Of a DNA stretch of 64,000 nt, positions 36,901 to 48,088 are shown piece by piece. Position 1 is the first letter of the stretch. Each line of letters opens with the position of its first letter. The notes under the pieces are model-generated. The model did not search any database. It had not been told where the DNA came from and saw nothing but the letters and a program-made list of their open reading frames with translations. The DNA lies in the NCBI GenBank assembly GCA_002269645.1, contig NIVC01001069.1, positions 124,001 through 188,000 of the forward strand, read 5' to 3'. The position numbers and the translations under genes are program-made. The stretch comes from Macrostomum lignano. Lineage: Eukaryota.

Positions 36901-39900
36901 TTTCAAGCTACGCATTCTTAAATCCCATTTTGGGATATTTTAGGCTACGCATTTCCCGATCCTATTTTGGGATATTTCAAGCTACGCATCCCCAGATCCC
37001 ATTTTGGGATATTTCAAGCTACGCATCCCCAGATTTCATTCCAGGATATTTTAAGCTACGCATCCCCAGATCCTTATTATGGGATATTTCAAGCTACGCA
37101 TCCCCGGATCCCATTTGGGATATTTCTAGCTACGCATCCCCAGGTCCTTATTATGGGATATTTCAAGCTACGCATTCTTAAATCCCATTTTGGGATATTT
37201 TAAGCTACGCATTTCCCGATCCTATTTTGGGATATTTCAAGCTACGCATCCCCAGATCCCATTTTGGGATATTTCAAGCTACGCATCCCCAGATTTCATT
37301 CCGGGATATTTTAAGCTACGCATCCCCAGATCCTTATTATGGGATATTTCAAGCTACGCATCCCCGGATCCCATTTGGGATATTTCTAGCTACGCATTCC
37401 CAGATCCTTATCATGGGATATTTCAAGCTACGCATTCTCAGATCCCATTTTGGGATATTCAAGCTTCGCATTCCCAGATGCCTATATTATGGTACGATTA
37501 AGCTACAAATTTCAGCTCATTTATTAAATAATTATTAATTCGCACTGCACAACCAACAGACCTGATTCATAACAGCAAATCGTTTAATAGCTTTCTTCTC
37601 CGTAACGCCAATGTACTGCTGCTCCAGCGGAACCGGCCTGTAGGTGCTGTCAAAAAAGTGCAGCCCAGTTTTGACGTTGACGCGCAGAAAGCTGGCAACG
37701 CTAGCGTAATTAGGCAGGGTGGCGCTCAGGCCAACAATGCGAACGGCTTCTTGAGTCGATTCCGAGTTGCGTAGAATCCTAGCAACTACAGATTCGAGCA
37801 CGGGACCTCGTTCGTCGTGCAGCATGTGCACCTCGTCTAGAATGATCAGCCTGACTAGCTGGGTGTACGTCCGCTCCCCGCCTTTGCGAGTGACGATGTC
37901 GAATTTCTCAGGGGTGCACACGATCAGCTGGGTGTTAGCGATCTCCTCCTTGGTGAGCTGATGGTCTCCGGTCAGTTCGTCCACCGTCAGGCCGAAGCAG
38001 GCCAGGCGCTGACGGAAATTGCCAACCATTTCCTGCGAGGAGGGAAGTGGGATATGGGATTTGCGGCTGCCCTGTCCCATGCCTCGATTCTCCTCATTTC
38101 CCATGCCTCGATTCTCCCCATTTCCCATGCCTCAATTCTCCCTATTTCCCATGCCTCAATTCTCCCCATTTCCCATGCCTCAATTCTCCTATTACCCATG
38201 CCTCAATTCTCCTCATTTCCCATGCCTCAATTCTCCCCATTTCCCATGCATCAATTCTCCCCATTTCCCATGCCTCAATTCTCCTCATTTCACATGCCTC
38301 AATTCTCCTCATTTCCCATGCCTCAATTCTCCCCATTTCCCATGCCTCGATTCTCCTCATTTCCCATGCCTCAATTCTCCTCATTTCCCATGCCTCGATT
38401 CTCCCCATTTCCCATGCCTCAATTCTCCTCATTTCCCATGCCTCGATTCTCCTCATTTCCCATGCCTCAATTCTCCTCATTTCCCATGCCTCGATTCTCT
38501 CCATTTCCCATGCCTCAATTCTCCCCATTTCCCATGCCTCAATTCTCCCCATTTCCCATGCCTCAATTCTCCTCATTTCCCATGCCTCAATTCTCCCCAT
38601 TTCCCATGCCTCGATTCTCCTCATTTCCCATGCCTCAATTCTCCCCATTTCCCATGCCTCGATTCTCCCCATTTCCCATGCCTCGATTCTCCCCATTTCC
38701 CATGCCTCAATTCTCCCCATTTCCCATGCCTCAATTCTCCTCATTTCCCATGCCTCAATTCTCCCCATTTCCCATGCCTCAATTCTCCCCATTTCCCATG
38801 CCTCGATTCTCCTCATTTCCCATGCCTCAATTCTCCTCATTTCCCATGCCTCAATTCTCCCCATTTCCCATGCCTCAATTCTCCTCATTTCCCATGCCTC
38901 GATTCTCCCCATTTCCCATGCCTCGATTCTCCTCATTTCCCATGCCTCAATTCTCCTCATTTCCCATGCCTCAATTCTGCCCATTTCCCATGCCTCAATT
39001 CTCCTCATTTCCCATGCCTCAATTCTCCCCATTTCCCATGCCTCGATTCTCCTCATTTCCCATGCCTCAATTCTCCCCATTTCCCATGCCTCGATTCTCC
39101 CCATTTCCCATGCCTCAATTCTCCCCATTTCCCATGCCTCAATTCCCCCCATTTCCCATGCCTCAATTCTCCCCATTTCCCATGCCTCAATTCTCCCCAT
39201 TTCCCATGCCTCGATTCTCCTCATTTCCCATGCCTCAATTCTCCTCATTTCCCATGCCTCAATTCTCCTCATTTCCCATGCCTCAATTCTCCCCATTTCC
39301 CATGCCTCGATTCTCCCCATTTCCCATGCCTCGATTCTCCCCATTTCCCATGCCTCAATTCTCCCCATTTCCCATGCCTCAATTCTCCTAATTTCCCATG
39401 CCTCGATTCTCCCCATTTCCCATGCCTCGATTCTCCCCATTTCCCATGCCTCGATTCTCCCCATTTCCCATGCCTCAATTCTCCTATTACCCATGCCTCA
39501 ATTCTCCTCATTTCCCATGCCTCAATTCTCCCCATTTCCCATGCATCAATTCTCCCCATTTCCCATGCCTCAATTCTCCTCATTTCACATGCCTCAATTC
39601 TCCCCATTTCCCATGCCTCAATTCTCCCCATTTCCCATGCCTCGATTCTCCTCATTTCCCATGCCTCAATTCTCCTCATTTCCCAAGCCTCGATTCTCCC
39701 CATTTCCCATGCCTCAATTCTCCTCATTTCCCATGCCTCGATTCTCCTCATTTCCCATGCCTCAATTCTCCTCATTTCCCATGCCTCGATTCTTCCCATT
39801 TCCCATGCCTCAATTCTCCCCATTTCCCATGCCTCAATTCTCCCCATTTCCCATGCCTCAATTCTCCTCATTTCCCATGCCTCAATTCTCCCCATTTCCC

Positions 39901-42120
39901 ATGCCTCGATTCTCCTCATTTCCCATGCCTCAATTCTCCCCATTTCCCATGCCTTGATTCTCCCCATTTCCCATGCCTCGATTCTCCCCATTTCCCATGC
40001 CTCGATTCTCCTCATTTCCCATGCCTCAATTCTCCTCATTTCCCATGCCTCAATTCTCCCCATTTCCCATGCCTCAATTCTCCCCATTTCCCATGCCTCG
40101 ATTCTCCTCATTTCCCATGCCTCAATTCTCCTCATTTCCCATGCCTCAATTCTCCCCATTTCCCATGCCTCAATTCTCCTCATTTCCCATGCCTCGATTC
40201 TCCCCATTTCCCATGCCTCGATTCTCCTCATTTCCCATGCCTCAATTCTCCTCATTTCCCATGCCTCAATTCTCCCCATTTCCCATGCCTCAATTCTCCT
40301 CATTTCCCATGCCTCAATTCTCCCCATTTCCCATGCCTCGATTCTCCTCATTTCCCATGCCTCAATTCTCCCCATTTCCCATGCCTCGATTCTCCCCATT
40401 TCCCATGCCTCAATTCTCCCATTTCCCATGCCTCAATTCCCCCATTTCCCATGCCTCAATTCTCCCCATTTCCCATGCCTCAATTCTCCCCATTTCCCAT
40501 GCCTCGATTCTCCTCATTTCCCATGCCTCAATTCTCCTCATTTCCCATGCCTCAATTCTCCTCATTTCCCATGCCTCAATTCTCCCCATTTCCCATGCCT
40601 CGATTCTCCCCATTTCCCATGCCTCGATTCTTCCCATTTCCCATGCCTCAATTCTCCCCATTTCCCATGCCTCAATTCTCCTAATTTCCCATGCCTCGAT
40701 TCTCCCCATTTCCCATGCCTCGATTCTCCCCATTTCCCATGCCTCGATTCTCCCCATTTCCCATGCCTCAATTCTCCCCATTTCCCATGCCTCGATTCTC
40801 CCCATTTCCCATGCCTCGATTCTCCCCATTTCCCATGCCTCGATTCTCCCCATTTCCCATGCCTCGATTCTCCCCATTTCCCATGCCTCGATTCTCCCCA
40901 TTTCCCATGCCTCGATTCTCCCCATTTCCCATGCCTCGATTCTCCCCATTTCCCATGCCTCGATCCTCCCCATTTCCCATGCCTCAATTCTCCCCATTTC
41001 CCATGCCTCGATTCTCCCCATTTCCCATGCCTCAGTTCTCCTCATTTCCCATGCCTCAATTCTCCCCATTTCCCATGCCTCGATCCTCCCCATTTCCCAT
41101 GCCTCGATTCTCCCCATTTCCCATGCCTCAGTTCTCCTCATTTCCCATGCCTCAATTCTCCCCATTTCCCATGCCTCAATTCTCCCCATTTCCCATGCCT
41201 CAATTCCCCCCATTTCCCATGCCTCGATTCTCCCCATTTCCCATGCCTCGATTCTCCCCATTTCCCATGCCTCGATTCTCCCCATTTCCCATGCCTCAAT
41301 TCCCCCATTTCCCATGCCTCGATTCTCCCCATTTCCCATGCCTCAGTTCTCCTCATTTCCCATGCCTCAATTCTCCCCATTTCCCATGCCTCAATTCTCC
41401 CCATTTCCCATGCCTCAATTCCCCCATTTCCCATGCCTCAATTCTCCTCATTTCCCATGCCTCGATTCTCCCCATTTCCCATGCCTCAATTCTCCTCATT
41501 TCCCATGATGATTAAACTTCCTTAAATTATCCTCACTTCTAATTTCTAAATCATCCTCACTTCTCTTCCCCAAATAATTCCCACATCTTTTCCCAAATTA
41601 TCGCTACATCTCCTCAAATTATTCCAAATTTTATCCAGAATATTATCATTTTCCCAGTATCTCTGCATCTTTTTCCTTAACTCTCAATCTCTCAATAAAA
41701 ACTTTACCTGAGCTAGCGATCTCATAGGGGCGATGTAGATAATTTTAAAATCGTCTTTAGAGACGGCATTCTCAGCGTCAGTCGCCGCATCCGGGTCCCT
41801 GTGCTGGCCAATGGTCCTCAGCATGGTCAGCAAAGCGCAGATGGTCTTGCCGGATCCTGTGGGGGCGCACAGCAGCATGTTCTCGTCCGACTCCATGGCG
41901 GTTTTCATGATGCGACTCTGCACGCGATTCAAAGCGGACACGTTGCTGGGGAAGGCCGGCTGGCACCAGGCTGGTAGGCTAGATATTTTTATCAGCGATT
42001 CGGTTGCGTCGAACGGCTTGGGCTTTGGAGCGGGCACGTGCACCTGGAGTTCGGGCGGTGGAGTTATTATTATGTAATCTTTTAACTGATTATTAATAAT
42101 TATTATTGTTAATAGTAGTA

Positions 42121-42156
<36 letters not shown>

Positions 42157-42267
42157 CAGTAGTAGTAGTAGTAGTAGTAGTAGTAGCAGTAGTAGTATAG
42201 TAGCAGTAGTAGTAGTAGTAGTATAAGTAATATTAGTAGTAGCAGTAGTAGTAGCAGTAGTAGCAGC

Positions 42268-42301
<34 letters not shown>

Positions 42302-42319
42302 TTAATAGTAGTAGTAGTA

Positions 42320-42367
<48 letters not shown>

Positions 42368-45132
42368 TTAATAGTAGTAGTAGTAGTAGAAGTAGTAGTA
42401 GTAGTAGCAGTAGTAGTAGTAGTGGTAGTAGTAGCAGTAGTAGTAGTAGTGTAGTAGCATTACGCATTTTAGTATACTACTAAAAAAGCTCAAGCAGTAC
42501 TATAATTGGTACTATAAGTAGTAGCACAAGTAAACCGCGGGCCTCACCTCCTCATAACCAGAGCCCTGCTTTCTGAAGCTACCGTCGGGCAGCTGGCAGC
42601 GCTTATTGGCCATCAGATGCGAGCCCTGAGTGAATGCCAGATCTTCCAGATCGAGATCTTTGCCCTGAATGTAGCCGCCAGCCACTGCAGCTGCCACAGC
42701 CTCATCATCAGCCAGCTGCTGTTGCTGCTGCTCTCGAACTGCCGCCGCCGCGGCCGCCGCCGCCGCCGATGACGATGCGTCGGCTGCCTCGCCGCCTTCG
42801 GCTTTGCCTTCGGCGCTGCGCAACTGGCGAAGTATCGGCGCCAGCTTTGGGTCGGCACGCATTCGGGCCTCGATTGCTGACCGTTCAGAGCGAGACTGGG
42901 CCTGGGCGAGTAGGGTGCAGTGCAGCACCATCTGCCTGTTGGGGGGATGGGGATACAATGGGGATTATTATTGAGTGAGCTCATTCTAGGGATAATTTAT
43001 TGGGGATTATTATTGAGTGAGCTCAGTCTAGGGATAATTTATTGGGGATTATTATTGAGTGAGCTCATTCTAGGGATAATTTATTGGGGATTAGTATTGA
43101 GTGAGCTCATTCTAGGGATAATTTATTGGGGATTACTATTGAGTGAGCTCATTCTAGGGATAATTTATTATTGGGGATTAGTATTGAGTGAGCTCATTCT
43201 AGGGATAATTTATTGGGGATTACTATTGAGTGAGCTCATTCTAGGGATAATTTATTATTGGGGATTAGTATTGAGTGAGCTCATTCTAGGGATAATTTAT
43301 TGGGGATTACTATTGAGTGAGCTCATTCTAGGGATAATTTATTATTGGGATTAGTATTGAGTGAGCTCATTCTAGGGATAATTTATTGGGGATTACTATT
43401 GAGTGAGCTCATTCTAGGGATAATTTATTATTGGGGATTAGTATTGAGTGAGCTTATTCTAGGGATAATTTATTATTGGGGATTATTATTGAGTGAGCTC
43501 ATTCTAGGGATAATTTATTATTGGGGATTAGTATTGAGTGAGCTCATTCTAGGGATAATTTATTATTGGGGATTATTATTGAGTGAGCTCATTCTAGGGA
43601 TAATTTATTGGGGATTATTATTGAGTGAGCTCATTCTAAGGATAATTTATTGGGGATTATTATTGAGTGAGCTCATTCTAAGGATAATTTATTGGGGATT
43701 ATTATTGAGTAAGCTCATTCTAGGGATAATTTATTGGGGATTATTATTGAGTGAGCTCATTCTAAGGATAATTTATTGGGGATTATTATTGAGTGAGCTC
43801 ATTCTAAGGATAATTTATTGGGGATTATTATTGAGTGAGCTCATTCTAGGGATAATTTATTGGGGATTATTATTGAGTAAGCTCATTCTAGGGATAATTC
43901 ATCTTAGTAAACGAGCCAATTTGAAGAATAGCTTTGGAAATATTTGGGTCTTTTACGTTATGAGAGCAGTTAATTTCAAGAATCAGGTAGAAATCATTTT
44001 GAAGGTTATTTAACCCCCGGTTACTGACAGCTGTCAGTAATAACAAAGATATTTATAAAAGGTAAAACAGCAGGAGCAACTATACTTAAAGGTTCAGTAC
44101 AAAATGCCTCGTCGCATAATTAGTATCTAAATTCCAAGAAACTTACCGGTTCTGCCGAACCAGTTTAATTAGGTCGAACGCCTCGTAGCCCAGAGCTTTC
44201 ACTAGTCGATTTTCCAGATCCCGATCGTCCCCAGCCGACTTCAACAGCTGCAGGCATTCGGCCGCTTTGGCCTGCGCGGCAACCGGGTCTGTGTAGCGCT
44301 TGGCCAGCTGGCGTTGAAGCCAGAAAGCGTCGACGTCGCGCGGGTGCAGGCCGCCGCTGCCGCTGCCACCAGCTCCGTCATCGGCAGTTTTACGTCGACG
44401 AATTGCGGCCGCCTCGGCGGCGGCAGCGGCACTGGTATTAGTGGCGCTTCTGTCATCGCCTTGGCCTGCCTCGCCGTCTTCGCCTTCGCCGCCTTCGTCG
44501 TCGTCCTCGTCGCTTTCGTTGACTTCGCCGTAGTCGGCTGCGTCGTCTTCGTCGGCGGCGTCTTCGTCGGAGTCTTCGAATTGAATGTTCACCCCGTAGG
44601 TCTCGTCGATGTCGGCGGCCTGTTGGTCACCGGACTCGCCGCCTTGTTGGCCGCCGCTCCAGTCGGTGGCTTTTTTAGACAGGTTCACCAAGAGGGCGTA
44701 CGTGTCCTCTGCCAGGTTGCCTAGCAACGATTCGATTTCGCGTTTTCTCTCTTTGTCGCGCAATTTGTCGTCTTTCATAGCCGCCAGGACCTGAGCGAGT
44801 GGGAGGTTATGAAAGTTATATAGGAGCTTTTGTTAGTAGCTGTCTGTCTTAGTGTCTTAGTGTCTGTCTTAGTGACTTAGTGTCTGTCTTAGTGTCTGTC
44901 TGTCTTAGTGTCTTAGTGTCTGTCTTAGTGACTTAGTGTCTGTCTGTCTTAGTGTCTTAGTGTCTGTCTGTCTTAGTGTCTTAGCGTCTGTCTGTCTTAG
45001 TGTCTTATTGTGTGTCTTAGTGTCTGTCTGTCTTAGTCTCTGTCTGTCGTTTGTCTGTCTTAGTGTCTGTATGTCTGTCAGTCTGTCTGTTTTTCTGTCT
45101 GCAACTACCTACCTATCTATCTACTTATCTAT

Positions 45133-45187
<55 letters not shown>

Positions 45188-45688
45188 ATCTATTTTATCT
45201 ATCTTTTCTATTTATATATCTATCTTATCTATCTATCTATTAACCCACTCGCTAAAGCATTTTCTCACCTCGTCAGCGGCGCCGCACAGGACATCCCTGG
45301 GCTCGTCGCCCAGGCACTCCTGAATGCAGTGCAGCAGGGACTCATAATTCCGCCTTGTCTCCGCAGTTTTCGGCCTATAAATCAATCCGGACATGCCGTC
45401 ATCTTCCGTGGCCAGCACACCGCCTGTGGCTTTCAGTTTGCCAACTTCGTAGCGACGATTCTCGTCACGCTTCTTGCGCTTTGCCTGCTTCTCTTCCACT
45501 CCGGTCGGCTTGGACCTGTAGGCCCGGTCGCCCATTCTCGTGCCTTCCAGTTTGCCGGAAAGCGACTGCACAACGCCTGTGGACTCATCGCGGGGACGCC
45601 GATCGATCAGACTCTTGTCAGCTTGGGTGACAATGTTCGAGTTGACTCGATATTCGAATTGCAGATTCCTGGCCGCTTCACCAGCCAT
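21904..45688 (-). CDS. SNRNP200: U5 snRNP 200-kDa helicase (Brr2), ~2213 aa, 14 exons: 45688-45269, 44790-44147, 42935-42548, 42043-41708, 38032-37562, 34863-34561, 34261-33624, 31242-30903, 29985-29453, 28613-28419, 27289-26334, 25067-24829, 24160-23559, 22480-21904
   Basis: All junctions are GT-AG and phase-compatible (6642 nt). Tandem Ski2-like cassettes ([49 protein letters not shown]; second cassette APPGSGKS) with Sec63 units; N-terminus [18 protein letters not shown]; C-terminal KREEGWW and [12 protein letters not shown]. The exon-10 acceptor is the least certain. Confidence 0.96.
22660..23500. repeat. SNRNP200 intron 13: 27-bp then 45-bp G-rich minisatellites
   Basis: GAGGAATCTCTGTGGGGCGGGGATCTA, then GGGGAAAGGGCGGAAAGCTAGGGGAATCCCTGGGACGGAGATCTA. 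Confidence 0.94.
24190..24792. repeat. SNRNP200 intron 12: 20-bp minisatellite (GGGGAAACTGATTATCGATT)
   Basis: Tandem units. Confidence 0.95.
25195..26290. repeat. SNRNP200 intron 11: 21-bp minisatellite (CTGACACACTGAAAGCTACAC)
   Basis: Tandem units. Confidence 0.95.
27395..28385. repeat. SNRNP200 intron 10: 23-bp minisatellite (GAGGATATCAGAGGGCGATTCTT)
   Basis: Tandem units, homogeneous from ~27830 to 28300. Confidence 0.95.
28870..29335. repeat. SNRNP200 intron 9: homopurine (GAGAG/GGAGA) low-complexity array
   Basis: Almost purely A/G on the + strand. Confidence 0.93.
30040..30846. repeat. SNRNP200 intron 8: 22-bp minisatellite (GGGATCTGAGCTGACCTCATTT)
   Basis: Tandem units. Confidence 0.96.
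31285..33480. repeat. SNRNP200 intron 7: 32-bp G-rich minisatellite (GGGTTGGGATCAGGTCTGGTGGGGAATTATTC)
   Basis: Tandem units. Confidence 0.97.
34288..34500. repeat. SNRNP200 intron 6: degenerate ~54-bp repeat, ~4 units
   Basis: GGAAAATCCATGGAAATTCCGTGGGAAATGTACATAAGTAAGTCAATAAAC variants. Confidence 0.85.
34935..37480. repeat. SNRNP200 intron 5: ~38-bp minisatellite (GGGATATTTCAAGCTACGCATCCCCAGATCCCTATCAT)
   Basis: Tandem units with variant subunits. Confidence 0.96.
38072..41508. repeat. SNRNP200 intron 4: 24-bp minisatellite (CATTTCCCATGCCTCAATTCTCCC)
   Basis: About 3.4 kb of tandem units; source of the spurious 1168-aa ORF. Confidence 0.97.
42110..42460. repeat. SNRNP200 intron 3: (AGT)n microsatellite
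   Basis: Direct reading. Confidence 0.97.
42960..43900. repeat. SNRNP200 intron 2: 42/45-bp minisatellite (GGGGATTATTATTGAGTGAGCTCATTCTAGGGATAATTTATT)
   Basis: Tandem units. Confidence 0.96.
44840..45240. repeat. SNRNP200 intron 1: GTCTTAGT/GTCT compound repeat followed by (CTAT)n
   Basis: Direct reading; reverse-complement relative of the repeat at 20200-20600. Confidence 0.92.
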
Positions 45689-45799
45689 GACTGCTTAAGT
45701 AGTGTAGGAACTGGTGTTTGAATTCTCTGCTTTCACTTGTTATAGTGGTTTTTGCTTGATTATTGCATGAATCATTTAGTGTGGGGTGATTTTAATTAG

Positions 45800-46305
45800 T
45801 TTGGGATGATTATCAATAGTTTAGGATGATTATCAGTAGTTTGGGATGATTATCAATAGTTTTGAATGATTATCAGTAGTTTGGGATGATTATCAATAGT
45901 TTAGGATGATTATCATTAGTTTAGGATGATTATCAGTAGTTTGGGATGATTATCAATAGTGTGGGATGATTATCAATAGTTTAGGATGATTATCAGTAGT
46001 TTGGGATGATTATCAATAGTTTAGGATGATTATCATTAGTTTAGGATGATTATCAATAGTTTGGGATGAGTATTAGTGTGGGATGATTATCAGTAGTTTA
46101 GGATGATTATCATTAGTTTTGGATGATTATCAGTAGTTTGGGATGATTATCAATAGTTTAGGATGATTATCATTAGTTTAGGATGATTATCAGTAGTTTG
46201 GGATGATTATCAATAGTTTAGGATGATTATCAGTAGTTTGGGATGATTATCAATAGTTTAGGATGATTATCAATAGTGTGGGATGATTATCAATAGTTCG
46301 GCATG
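45800..46305. repeat. ~21-bp minisatellite (GGATGATTATCAATAGTTT[A/G]) upstream of the SNRNP200 start codon
   Basis: Tandem units. Confidence 0.93.
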
Positions 46306-46884
46306 ATGGGTAGCATAGTAGCCTATATCTACCAGTGGGCATTGGACATATACACAAATAATTTTTAAATTAGCAAAGCCAAACAAATGAAACATATTTT
46401 CGCCACAAGTTTTATTAATGCAGAACAGATGCAAAGGCAAAGGTAGAAGAAGAGAACAGAGAAACTCAGCCTAGCAACATATATAGCTAAGTGGCAAAAG
46501 CAGACAAACAACAGACAAATTGCTTTTAGTAGCATAAGATATAACAAAGCAGTTAAATATCTACTAGAATAATTCGTAGCTACAATCAGGAGAAAAACGA
46601 TATCATAAAGAACAACCGCGCGAGAGCACTGTGTTTAACAAAACAAAAACATCATCATCAATGTAAGAACGTTGTGCGCGACAGAGTTAACAATGAAAAT
46701 TTACCAGCATCATTTTTTGGCACACAAAGTTGTTTTTTTTTAAAACGGCGTGAAAAATCTGGGAGCAAACAAAGGAATACGCCACAGCCGTGTGAGTTTT
46801 TGCTCAGCTTACATGATAGCTTTGCTTGTAGTGAACAGCCAGTTCGGCTAAATATGTCTTGAAATTTAATTCGTTAGTTAGATA

Positions 46885-47500
46885 ATGGGGAATTACAAAT
46901 CGCTAATAGAGATAAAAGGGAATTACAAATCGCTAATAGAGATAAAAGGGAATTACAAATCGCTAATAGAGATAAAAGGGGGATTACAAATCGATAATAG
47001 AGATAAAAGGGGGATTACAAATCGCTAATAGAGATAAAAGGGAATTACAAATCGCTAATAGAGATAAAAGGGAATTACAAATCGCTAATAGAGATAAAAG
47101 GGGGATTACAAATCGCTAATAGAGATAAAAGGGAATTACAAATCGCTAATAGAGATAAAAGGGAATTACAAATCGCTAATAGAGATAAAAGGGAATTACA
47201 AATCGCTAATAGAGATAACAGGGAATTACAAATCGCTAATAGAGATAAAAGGGGGATTACAAATCGCTAATAGAGATAAAAGGGAATTACAAATCGCTAA
47301 TAGAGATAAAAGGGAATTACAAATCGCTAATAGAGATAAAAGGGAATTACAAATCGCTAATAGAGATAAAAGGGGGATTACAAATCGATAATAGAGATAA
47401 CGGGGAATTACAAATCGATAATAGAGATAACGGGGAATTACAAATCGATAATAGAGATAACGGGGAATTACAAATCGATAATAGAGATAGGGGGAATGAC
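46885..47500. repeat. ~30-bp minisatellite (GGGAATTACAAATCGCTAATAGAGATAAAA) with degenerate continuation to ~47810
   Basis: Tandem units. Confidence 0.93.
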
Positions 47501-48088
47501 AAATGGCTAAAAGGCTGGATAAAAAGAAATTACAAGTCGTTATTAGAATAAAGGGGGTAACAAATCTCTAATAGGGATAAAGGGGAATCACAGAATCACT
47601 CATTAAGATAACGGAGAATTATATATCGCTCATAGAATAAATGAAATTACCTATAGCTATTAAGATAAAGGGGAATTACAAAATCGCTACTTAAGATTAA
47701 GGGGAATTACAAAATCGCTCATAAAGATGAAGGGGAATAAAAAATGGTCATAGAATTAAAGGAGAATTACAAATCGTTACCCGTTGATCTGATTAACAAA
47801 TACAAGGGAAATTAAGGGCAATAGGGTAGATAATTCTACACTCAAAGTACAATAACAAGAAAAGAATTAGATAAAATTGAATCACACAGAAAAAGACAAA
47901 TAAGCAATGTGACTATATGAATCGGTAGTCTGATTAAATCCCGTGCTTAGATTGCAAGGTAAGGTAGGCGATAGGCATTCAATAAATAGGACATGACGCA
48001 AACACATGCATGCAGAGCAGATTACTAATTAACATGTAAGAGAATTTGCAAAGATAACACAATTAGATTACACAGACGCATGCATTAT

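Noticed and set aside
38019-41525. 1168-aa ORF and other long repetitive ORFs (11344-14140, 17672-19596, 31138-33336, 35133-37538, 42920-44013)
   Set aside because: Translations of stop-free satellite units, open in several frames and on both strands; many lie inside introns of real genes.
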